This document shows, piece after piece, positions 52,700 through 64,000 of a stretch of DNA of 64,000 nucleotides (the stretch's first letter is position 1; every line of letters begins with the position of its first letter). The DNA is taken from contig JAYWIR010000140.1 of the NCBI GenBank assembly GCA_036172245.1, forward strand, positions 1-64,000, read 5' to 3'. The position numbers and the translations under genes were made by a program. Source of the stretch: Raillietiella orientalis. Its lineage: Eukaryota. The notes beneath the pieces were generated by a model, which worked only from the letters and a program-made list of their open reading frames with translations, was not told the origin of the DNA and searched no databases.

Positions 52700-55600
52700 T
52701 GGTTTGTACTCAATTCGAAGTGAGGAGATTTCACCATGCACTGTTGCGCTTTTTCACGAAACATCCGTTCGCAGCCCGAGGCAATCTACCGTCATGAATA
52801 ACCGCACCACCTTGCGATTTAATGGTTTCACAGGTGGATTAAGAAAATTCCGACATTTGATTAGGGTGGGACACTTTGCACTCCGTTTTCTTTGATGGCA
52901 ACCACTGTCGGAGATAAAAAGTGAATTACTTAATTGGATTTGATTCATGGTGTGGTACAAATTTACATCTTTTGCTGGTTTGTAATCAATTCGAAGTGAG
53001 GAGATTTCGCCATGCACTGTTGCGCTTTTTCACGAAACATCCGTTGGCAGCGCGAGGAAATCTACCGGCATGGATCACCAAACTACCTTGCGATTTCCTG
53101 CGTTTAAAGGTGGATGAAGAACAGTCCGACATTTCATTAGGGCGGGGCACTTTGCACGCCGTGTTGTTTTCATGGCAACCACTGTCGGAATTGTTATGCG
53201 AATTATTTGATTCGATCTGATTCACGGCATTGTATAAATTTACATCTTTTGCTGGTTTGTAATCAATTCGTAGTTCGGAGATTTCACCATTGCACTTTTG
53301 CGCTTTTTCACGAAACATACGTTGGCTGTGCAAGGCAATCTACCGTCATGGATAACCGCACAACCTTCCGATTTCCTGGTTTCAGAGGTGGATTAAGAAA
53401 AGTCCGACATTTGATTTGGGAGGGACACTTTGTACTCCGTATTGTTTTCATGGCAACCACTATCGGAATTAGAAAATGAATTATTTAATTCGATCTGATT
53501 CATTTTATGGTACAAATTTACATCTTTTGCTGGTTTGTAATCAATTCGAAGTACGGAGATTTCACCATTGCACTTTTAGCTTCCTCACGAAGCATCCGTT
53601 GGCAGCGCGAGGAAATCTACCGGCATGGATCACCACACTCCCTTGCGATTTCCTACGTTTAGAGGTGGATGAAGAACAGTCCGACATTTGATTTAGGGCG
53701 GGGCACTTTGCACGCCGTGTTGTTTTCATGGCAACTACTGTCGGAATTGAAATGCGAATTACTTAATTCGATCTGATTCATTTTATGGTACAAATTTACA
53801 TCTTTTTCTGGTTTGTAATCAATTCGAAGTACGGATATTTCACCATGCACTGTTGCGCTTTTTCACGAAGCATCCGTTGGCAGCCCGAGGCAATCTACCG
53901 TCATGGATAACCGCACCACCTTGCGATTTCCTGGTTTCAAAGGTGGATTAAGAAAAGTCCGACATTTGATTAGGGTGGTACGCTTAGCTGTCCGTGTTGT
54001 TTTGATGGCAACCACTGTCGGAGATAAAAAGTGAATTATTAAATTGGATCTGATCCACGGTATGGTATAAGTTTACATCTTTTGCTGGTTTGTAATCAAT
54101 TCGTAGTACGGAGATTTCACCATGCACTGTTGCGGTTTTTCACGAAACATCCGATGGCAGCCCGAGGCAATCTACCGTCATTTATAACCGCACCACCTTG
54201 CGATTTCCTGGTTTCAGAGGTGGATTAAGAAAAGTCCGACATTTGATTAAAGTGGGACGCTTTGCACTCCGTATTGTTTCAACGGCAAGCACTGTCGGAA
54301 TTACAAGGTGAATTATTTAATTCGATCTGATTCATGGTGTGGTACAAATTTACATCTTTTGCTGGTTTGTAATCAATTCGAAGTGAGGAGATTTCACCAT
54401 TGCACTTTTGCGCTTTTTCACGACGCATCCGTTGGCAGCGCGAGGCAATCTACCGTCATGGATAACCGCACTCCATGCGAGTTCCTGGTTTCAGAGGTGG
54501 ATTAAGAAAAGTCCGACATTTCATTAGAACGGGGCACTTTGAACTCCGTGTTGTTTTCATGGCAACCACTATCGGAATTAGAAAGTGAATTATTTAATTC
54601 GATCTGATTCATTTTATGGTACAAATTTACATCTTTTGCTGGATTGTAATCAATTCGAAGTACGGAGATTTCACCATGCACTGTTGCGCTTTTTCACGAC
54701 GCATCCGTTGGCAGCGCGAGGCAATCTACCGTCATGGATAACCGCACTCCATGCGAGTTCCTGGTTTCAGAGGTGGATTAAGAAAAGTCCGACATTTCAT
54801 TAGAACGGGGCACTTTGAACTCCGTGTTGTTTTGATGGCAACCACTGTCGGAGATAAAAAGTGAATTACTTAAACGGATCTGATTCATGGTGTGCTACAA
54901 ATTTACATGTTTTGCTGGTTTGTAAACAATTCGAAGTACGGAGATTTCACCATTGCACTTTTGAGCTTCTTCACGAAGCATCCGTTGGCAGCGCGAGGAA
55001 ATCTACCGGCATGGATCACCACACTACCTTGCGATTTCCTACGTTTAGAGGTGGATGAAGAACAGTCCGACATTTGATTTAGGGCGGGGCACTTTGCACG
55101 CCGTGTTGTTTTCATGGCAACCACAGTCGGATTTGAAATGCGAATTATTTAATTCGATCTGATTCACGGTATGGTATAAATTTACAACTTTTGCAGGTTT
55201 GTAATCAATTCGATGTGAGGAGATTTCACCATACACTGTTGCGGTGTTTCACGAAACATCCGTTGGCATCCCGAGGCAATCTACCGTCATGGATAACCGC
55301 ACCACCTTGCGATTTCCTGGTTTCAGAGGTGAATTAAGAAAAGTCCGACATCTGATTAGGGTGGGACAATTTGCACTCCGTGTTGTTTTGATGGCAACCA
55401 CTGTCGGAGATAAAAAGTGAATTATTAAATTGGATCTGATTCACGGTATGGTATAAGTTTACATCTTTTGCTGGTTTGCAATCAATTCGTAGTACGGAGA
55501 TTTCACCATGCACTGTTGCGGTTTTTCACGAAACATCCGTTGGCACCCCGAGGCAATCTACCGTCATGGATAACCGCACCACCTTGCGATTTCCTGGTTT

Positions 55601-58600
55601 CAGAGGTGGATTAAGAAAAGTCCGACATTTGATTAGGGTGGGACACTTTGCACTACGTACTGTTTTCACGGCAACCACTGTCGGAATTAGAAAGTGAATT
55701 CTTGAATTCGATCTGATTCATGGTGTGGTACAAATTTACATCTTTTGCTGGTTTGTAATCAATTCGAAGTGAGGAGATTTCACCATTGCACTTTTGCGCC
55801 TTTTCACGACGCATCCGTTGGCAGCGCGAGGCAATCTACCCTCATGGATAACCGCACTCCATGCGAGTTCCTGGTTTCAGAGGTGGATTAAGAAAAGTCC
55901 GACATTTCATTAGAACGGGGCACTTTGAACTCCGTGTTGTTTTGATAGCAACCTCTGTCGGAGATAAAAAAAGAATTACTTAAACGGATCTGATTCATGG
56001 TGTGGTACAAATTTACATCTTTTGCTGGTTTGTAATCAATTCGAAGTGAGGAGATTTCAACATGCACTGTTGCGCTTTTTCACGAAACATCCGTTATCAG
56101 CGCGAGGCAATCTACCGTCATGGATAACCGCACCACCTTGCGATTTCCTGGTTTCAGAGGTGGATTAAGAAAAGTCCGAAATTTGATTAGGGTGGGACAC
56201 GTTGCTCTCCGTGTTGTTTTGATGGCAACGACTGTCGTAGTTAAAAAGTGAATTTTTTAGTTCGATCTGATTCACGGTATGGTGTAAATTTACATCTTTT
56301 GCTGGTTTGTAATCAATTCGTAGTACGGAGATTTCACCATGCACTGTTGCGCTTTTTCACGAAGCATCCGTTGGCAGCCCGAGGCAATCTACCGTCATGG
56401 ATAACCGCACCACCTTGCGATTTCCTGGTTTCAGAGGTGGATTAAGAAAAGTCCGACATTTGATTAGGGTGGGACACTTTCCACTTTGTATTGTTTTCAT
56501 AGCAACCACTGTCGGAATTAGAAAGTGAATAATTTAATTCGATCTGATTCATTTTATGGTACAAATTTCCATCTTTTGCTGGTTTGTAATCAATTCGAAG
56601 TGAGGAGATTTCACCATGCACTGTTGCGCTTTTCCAAGAAACATCCGTTGGCAGCCCGAGGCAATCTACCGTCATGAATAACCGCACCACCTTGCGATTT
56701 CCTGGTTTCACAGGTGGATTAAGAAAAGTCCGACATTTGATTAGGGTGGGACACTTTGCACTCCGTTTTGTTTGATGGCAACCACTGTCGGAGATAAAAA
56801 GTGAATTACTTAATTGGATCTGATTCATGGTGTGGTACAAATTTACATCTTTTGCTGGTTTGTAGTCAATTCAGAGTGAGGAGATTTCACCATGCACTGT
56901 TGCGCTTTTTCACGAAACATCCGTTGGCAGCGCGAGGAAATCTACCTGCATGGATCACCAAACTACCTTGCGATTTCCTGCGTTTAGAGTTGGATGAAGA
57001 ACAGTCCGACATTTCATTAGGGCGGTGCACTTTGCACGCCGTGTTGTTTTCATGGCAACCACTGTCCGAATTGTTATGCGAATTATTTAATTCGATCTGA
57101 TTTACGGTATTGTATATATTTACATCTTTTGCTGGTTTGTAATCAATTCGTAGTTCGGAGATTTCACCATTGCACTTTTGCGCTTTTTCACGAAACATAC
57201 GTTGGCTGTGCAAGGCAATCTACCGTCATGGATAACCGCACCACCTTGCGATTTCCTGGTTTCAGAGGTGGATTAAGAAAAGTCCGACATTTGTTTTGGG
57301 AGGGACACTTTGCACTCCGTGTTGTTTTCATGGAAACCACTATCGGAATTAGAAAGTGAATTATTTAATTCGATCTGATTCATGGTGTGGTACAAATTTA
57401 CATCTTTTGCTGGTTTGTAATCAATTCGAAGTGAGGAGATTTCACCATTGCTCATTTGTGCTTCTTCACGAAGCATCCGTCGGCAGCGCGAGGCAATCTA
57501 CCGTCATGGATCACCGCACCACCTTGCGATTTGCTCTTTTCCGAGGTGTATTAAAAAAAGTCCGACATTTCATTAGGGCGAGGCACCTTGCACTCCGTGT
57601 TATTTTCATGACAACCACTTTCGGAATTGAAAAGTGAATTATTTAATTCGATCTGATTCACGGTATGCTATAAATTTACATCTTTTCGTGGTTTGTAATC
57701 AATTCGTAGTACGGAGATTCCACCACTGCACTTTTGCGCTTCTTCACGAAGCATCCGTTAACAGCGTGTGGAAATCTACCGGCATGGATCACCACACTAC
57801 CTTGCGATTTCTTGCGTTTAGAGGTGGATTAAGAAAAGCCCGACATTTGATTATGGTGGGACACTTTGCACTCCGTATTGTTTTCATGGCAACCACTGTC
57901 GGAATTAGAAAGTGAATTATTTAATTCGATCTGATTCACGGTGTGGTACAAATTTGCATCTTTTGCTGGTTTGTAATCAATTCGAAGTGAGGAGATTTTA
58001 TCATGCACTGTTGCGTTTTTCACGAAGCATCCGTCGGCAGCGCGAGGCAATCTACCGTCATGGATAACCGCACTACCTTGCGATTCCCTGGTTTCAGAGG
58101 TGGATTAAGAAAAGTCCGACATTTGATTAGGGTGGGACACGTTGAACTCCGTATTGTTTTCATGGCAACCACTATCGGAATTAGAAAGCGAATTATTTAA
58201 TTCGATCTGATTCATTTTATGGTACAAATTAACATCTTTTGCTGGTTTGTAATCAATTCGTAGTACGGAGATTTCACCATTGCACTGTTGCGCTTTTTCA
58301 CGAAATATACGTTGGCAGTGCGAGGGAATCTACCGTCATGGATAACCGCACCACCTTGCGATTTCCTGGTTTCAGAGGTGGATTAAGAAAAGTCCGACAT
58401 TTGATTAGGGTGGGACACTTTGAACTCCGTGTTGTTTTGATGGCAACCACTTTCGGAGATAAAAACTAAATTATTTAATTGGATCTGATTCACGGTATGG
58501 TATAAATTTAAATCTATTGCTGGTTTGTAATCAATTCGTAGTACGGAGATTTCACCATTGCACTGTTGCGCTTTTTCACGAAACATACGTTGGCAGTGTG

Positions 58601-61600
58601 AGGCAATCTACCGTCATGCATAACCGCACCACCTTGCGATTTCCTGGTTTCAGAGGTGAATTAAGAAACGTCCGACATTTGATTAGGGTGGGACACTTTG
58701 CACTCCGTATTGTTTTCATGGCAACCACTGTCGGAATTAGAAAGTGAATTATTTAATTCGATCTGATTCACGGTGTGGTACAAATTTGCATCTTTTGCTG
58801 GTTTGTAATCAATTCGAAGTGAGGAGATTTTATCATGCACTGTTGCGTTTTTCACGAAGCATCCGTCGGCAGCGCGAGGCAATCTACCGTCATGGATAAC
58901 CGCACTACCTTGCGATTCCCTGGTTTCAGAGGTGGATTAAGAAAAGTCCGACATTTGATTAGGGTGGGACACGTTGCACTCCGTATTGTTTTCATGGCAA
59001 CCACTATCGGAATTAGAAAGCGAATTATTTAATTCGATCTGATTCATTTTATGGTACAAATTAACATCTTTTGCTGGTTTGTAATCAATTCGTAGTACGG
59101 AGATTTCACCATGCACTGTTGCGCTTTTTCACGAAGCATCCGTTGGCAGCGCGAGGCAATCTACCGTCATGGATAACCGCACCATCATGCGATTTCCTGG
59201 TTTCAGAGGTGGATTAAGAAAAGTCCGACATTTCATTAGGGCGGAACACTTTGCACTCCGTGTTGTTTTCATGGCAACCACTTTCGGAGTTAAAAAGTGA
59301 ATTATTTAATTCGATCTGATTCACGGTATGGTATAAATTTACATCTTTTGCTGGTTTGTAATCAATTCGAAGTACGGAGATTTCACCATTGCACTGTTGC
59401 GCTTTTTCACGAAGCATCCGTTGGCAGCGCGAGGAAATCTACCGGCATGGATCACCACACTACCTTTCGATTTCCTGCGTTTAGAGGTGGATGAAGAACA
59501 GTCCGACATTTCATTAGGGCGGGGCACTTTGCACGCCGTGTTGTTTTCAGAGCAACCACTGTCGGAATTGAAATGCGAATTATTTAATTCGATCTGATTC
59601 ACGGTATGGTATGAATTTACATCTTTTGCCTGTTTGTAATCAATTCGAAGTACGGAGATTTCACCATGCACTGTTGCGGTTTTTCACGAAACATCCGTTG
59701 GCAGCCCGAGGCAATCTACCGTCATGGATAACCGCACTACCTTGCGATTTCCTGGATTCAGAGGTGGATTAAGAAAAGTCCGACATTTGATTAGGGTGGG
59801 ACACTTTGCACTCCGTATTGTTTTCACGGCAACCAGTGTCGGAATAAGAAAGTGAATTCTTTAATTCGATCTGATTCATGGTGTAATACAAATTTACATC
59901 TTTTGCTGGTTTGTAATCAATTCGAAGTGAGGAGATTTCACCATTGCACTTTTGCGCTTTTTCACGACGCATTTGTTGGCAGCGCGAGGAAATCTACCGG
60001 CATGGATCACCAAACTACCTTGCGATTTCCTGCGTTTAGAGGTGGATAAAGAACAGTCCGACATTTCATTAGGGCGGGGCACTTTGCACGCCGTGTTGTT
60101 TTCATGGCAACCACTGTCGGAATTGTTATGCGAATTATTTTATTCGATCTGATTCACGGTATTGTATAAATTTACATCTTTTGCTGGTTTGTAATAATTC
60201 GTAGTACGGAGATTTCACCATTGCACTTTTGCGCTTTTTCACGAAACATACGTTGGCTTTGCGAGAGAATCTACCGTCATGGATAACCGCACAACCTTCC
60301 GATTTCCTGGTTTCAGAGGTGGATTAAGAAAAGTCCGACATTTGATTAGGGTGGGACACTTTGCACTCCGTTTTGTTTGATGGCAACCACTGTCGGAGAT
60401 AAAAAGTGAATTACTTAATTGGATCTGATTCATGGTGTGGTACAAATTTACATCTTTTGCTGGTTTGTAGTCAATTCAGAGTGAGGAGATTTCACCATGC
60501 ACTGTTGCGCTTTTTCACGAAACATCCGTTGGCAGCGCGAGGAAATCTACCTGCATGGATCACCAAACTACCTTGCGATTTCCTGCGTTTAGAGTTGGAT
60601 GAAGAACAGTCCGACATTTCATTAGGGCGGTGCACTTTGCACGCCGTGTTGTTTTCATGGCAACCACTGTCCGAATTGTTATGCGAATTATTTAATTCGA
60701 TCTGATTTACGGTATTGTATATATTTACATCTTTTGCTGGTTTGTAATCAATTCGTAGTTCGGAGATTTCACCATTGCACTTTTGCGCTTTTTCACGAAA
60801 CATACGTTGGCTGTGCAAGGCAATCTACCGTCATGGATAACCGCACCACCTTGCGATTTCCTGGTTTCAGAGGTGGATTAAGAAAAGTCCGACATTTGTT
60901 TTGGGAGGGACACTTTGCACTCCGTGTTGTTTTCATGGAAACCACTATCGGAATTAGAAAGTGAATTATTTAATTCGATCTGATTCATGGTGTGGTACAA
61001 ATTTACATCTTTTGCTGGTTTGTAATCAATTCGAAGTGAGGAGATTTCACCATTGCACTTTTGCGCTTCTTCACGAAGCATCCGTCGGCAGCGCGAGGCA
61101 ATCTACCGTCATGGATCACCGCACCACCTTGCGATTTGCTCTTTTCCGAGGTGTATTAAAAAAAGTCCGACATTTCATTAGGGCGAGGCACCTTGCACTC
61201 CGTGTTATTTTCATGACAACCACTTTCGGAATTGAAAAGTGAATTATTTAATTCGATCTGATTCACGGTATGCTATAAATTTACATCTTTTCGTGGTTTG
61301 TAATCAATTCGTAGTACGGAGATTCCACCACTGCACTTTTGCGCTTCTTCACGAAGCATCCGTTAACAGCGTGTGGAAATCTACCGGCATGGATCACCAC
61401 ACTACCTTGCGATTTCTTGCGTTTAGAGGTGGATTAAGAAAAGCCCGACATTTGATTATGGTGGGACACTTTGCACTCCGTATTGTTTTCATGGCAACCA
61501 CTGTCGGAATTAGAAAGTGAATTATTTAATTCGATCTGATTCACGGTGTGGTACAAATTTGCATCTTTTGCTGGTTTGTAATCAATTCGAAGTGAGGAGA

Positions 61601-64000
61601 TTTTATCATGCACTGTTGCGTTTTTCACGAAGCATCCGTCGGCAGCGCGAGGCAATCTACCGTCATGGATAACCGCACTACCTTGCGATTCCCTGGTTTC
61701 AGAGGTGGATTAAGAAAAGTCCGACATTTGATTAGGGTGGGACACGTTGAACTCCGTATTGTTTTCATGGCAACCACTATCGGAATTAGAAAGCGAATTA
61801 TTTAATTCGATCTGATTCATTTTATGGTACAAATTAACATCTTTTGCTGGTTTGTAATCAATTCGTAGTACGGAGATTTCACCATTGCACTGTTGCGCTT
61901 TTTCACGAAATATACGTTGGCAGTGCGAGGGAATCTACCGTCATGGATAACCGCACCACCTTGCGATTTCCTGGTTTCAGAGGTGGATTAAGAAAAGTCC
62001 GACATTTGATTAGGGTGGGACACGTTGCACTCCGTATTGTTTTCATGGCAACCACTATCGGAATTAGAAAGCGAATTATTTAATTCGATCTGATTCATTT
62101 TATGGTACAAATTAACATCTTTTGCTGGTTTGTAATCAATTCGTAGTACGGAGATTTCACCATGCACGGTTGCGCTTTTTCACGATGCATCCGTTGGCAG
62201 CGCGAGGCAATCTACCGTCATGGATAACCGCACCATCATGCGATTTCCTGGATTCAGACGTGAATTAAGAAAAGTCCGAAATTTCATTAGGGCGGAACAC
62301 TTTGCACTGCGTGTTGTTTTCATGGCAACCACTATAGGAATAAGAATGCGAATTATTTAATTCGATCTGATTCATTTTATTGTACAAATTAACATCTTTT
62401 GCTGGTTTCTAATCAATTCGAAGTACGAAGATTTCACCATGCACTGTTGCGGTTTTTCACGAAACATCCGTTGGCAGCCGTCATGGATAACCGCACTACC
62501 TTGCGATTTCCTGGATTCAGAGGTGGATTAAGAAAAGTCCGACATTTGATTAGGGTGGGACACTTTGCACTCCGTATTGTTTTCACGGCAACCAGTGTCG
62601 GAATAAGAAAGTGAATTCTTTAATTCGATCTGATTCATGGTGTAATACAAATTTACATCTTTTGCTGGTTTGTAATCAATTTGAAGTGAGGAGATTTCAC
62701 CATTGCACTTTTGCGCTTTTTCACGACGCATTTGTTGGCAGCGCGAGGAAATCTACCGGCATGGATCACCAAACTACCTTGCGATTTCCTGCGTTTAGAG
62801 GTGGATAAAGAACAGTCCGACATTTCATTAGGGCGGGGCACTTTGCACGCCGTGTTGTTTTCATGGCAACCACTGTCGGAATTGTTATGCGAATTATTTT
62901 ATTCGATCTGATTCACGGTATTGTATAAATTTACATCTTTTGCTGGTTTGTAATAATTCGTAGTACGGAGATTTCACCATTGCACTTTTGCGCTTTTTCA
63001 CGAAACATACGTTGGCTGTGCGAGGCAATCTACCGTCATGGATAACCGCACAACCTTCCGATTTCCTGGTTTCAGAGGTGGATTAAGAAAAGTCCGACAT
63101 TTGATTTGGGAGGGACACTTTGCACTCCGTATTGTTTTCATGGAAACCACTATCGGAATTAGAAAATGAATTATTTAATTCGATCTTATTCATTTTATGG
63201 TACAAATTTACAACTTTTGCTGGTTTGTAATCAATTCGTAGTACGGAGATTTCACCATGCACTGTTGCGGTTTTTCACGAAACATCCGTTGGCAGCCCGA
63301 GGCAATCTACCGTCATGGATAACCGCACTCCATGCGAGTTCCTGGTTTCAGAGGTGGATTAAGAAAAGTCCGACATTTGATTAGGGTGGGACACTTTGCA
63401 CTCCGTTTTGTTTGATGGCAACCACTGTCGGAGATAAAAAGTGAATTACGCTAATTTGGATCTGATTCATGGTGTGGTACAAATTTACATCTTTTGCTGG
63501 TTTGTAGTCAATTCAGAGTGAAATTTCACCATGAACTGTTGCGCTTTTTCACGAAACATCCGTTGGCAGCGCGAGGAAATCTACCTGCATGGATCACCAA
63601 ACTACCTTGCGATTTCCTGCGTTTAGAGTTGGATGAAGAACAGTCCGACATTTCATTAGGGCGGTGCACTTTGCACGCCGTGTTGTTTTCATGGCAACCA
63701 CTGTCCGAATTGTTATGCGAATTATTTAATTCGATCTGATTTACGGTATTGTATATATTTACATCTTTTGCTGGTTTGTAATCAATTCGTAGTTCGGAGA
63801 TTTCACCATTGCACTTTTGCGCTTTTTCACGAAACATACGTTGGCTGTGCAAGGCAATCTACCGTCATGGATAACCGCACCACCTTGCGATTTCCTGGTT
63901 TCAGAGGTGGATTAAGAAAAGTCCGACATTTGTTTTGGGAGGGACACTTTGCACTCCGTGTTGTTTTCATGGAAACCACTATCGGAATTAGAAAGTGAAT
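52700..64000. repeat. Right layer with 14-/13-/11-monomer higher-order repeat units
   Basis: The landmark 'ctccgtttt(g/c)tttgatgg' lies at 52881, 56761, 60366 and 63401 (spacings 3880, 3605, 3035). About 56712-58418 is nearly identical to about 60317-62023. Confidence 0.85.

Larger units (their letters stand above)
1..64000. repeat. Tandem satellite DNA array, 277-279 bp monomer, about 230 copies, single orientation, running off both window ends
   Basis: The motif series 'gtgaattatttaattcgatctgattcacggtatggtataaatttacatcttttgctggtttgtaatcaattcg ... gatttcacc ... ccttgcgatttcc ... gaggtggat ... gtccgacattt ... gcaaccactgtcgga' recurs every 277-279 bp across the window. ORF starts repeat at that spacing (e.g. 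42366, 42644; 57356, 57634). Length classes come from 1-bp indels: caccatgc/caccattgc and cattaggg/catttaggg. Confidence 0.99.

Noticed and set aside
176..63998. Hundreds of 60-130 aa ORFs on both strands
   Set aside because: They are the same monomer translated repeatedly. Many start at GTG or TTG, the common 1-bp indels shift frame freely, stops are polymorphic, and no domain is recognisable.
1..64000. CRISPR array or variable-cassette (integron or antigenic-variation) array
   Set aside because: There are no unique spacers or cassettes. The whole unit is homologous between copies, and no associated genes are present.
1..64000. Hammerhead-ribozyme (retrozyme-like) tandem repeat, suggested by the unit size
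   Set aside because: I found no CTGANGA core on either strand of the consensus. The nearest are 'ctgattca' and 'atgaaga'. An Infernal/Rfam search would be the decisive test.
1..64000. 5S rRNA, tRNA, snRNA or spliced-leader tandem gene array
   Set aside because: I recognise no such RNA sequence or cloverleaf. 'attcgatct' only partly resembles a Pol III B box, and there is no conserved-gene versus variable-spacer split.
1..64000. Transposon insertions, inversions or a named satellite family/host assignment
   Set aside because: I saw no non-satellite stretch longer than about 25 bp and no strand switch. I do not recognise the monomer, so a BLAST, Dfam or satellite-database search is needed.

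Overview
The whole 64 kb window is one uninterrupted head-to-tail satellite DNA array. It holds about 230 copies of a 277-279 bp monomer: the anchor 'gtgaat' runs from 176 to 63995, giving 230 intervals averaging 277.5 bp, and one monomer counted by hand is about 42% GC. All copies face the same way, with no unique sequence, inserted element, RNA gene or credible protein gene; the ORF track only re-translates the monomer. This looks like eukaryotic heterochromatic satellite, possibly (peri)centromeric or subtelomeric, but I cannot name the family or host. The interest is architectural. (1) The monomer looks like a degenerate dimer of about 139 bp halves. (2) Monomer types A and B alternate, and a third type C appears after 42.4 kb. 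(3) The array is layered: a homogeneous central block (about 11-40.2 kb) is flanked on both sides by monomers sharing variants the centre lacks. (4) Nested, variable higher-order repeats of 2 to 14 monomers occur with chimeric monomers and an apparent conversion tract. (5) A CENP-B-box-like 17-mer and short dyads recur in the monomer. I found no evidence of a new gene system.
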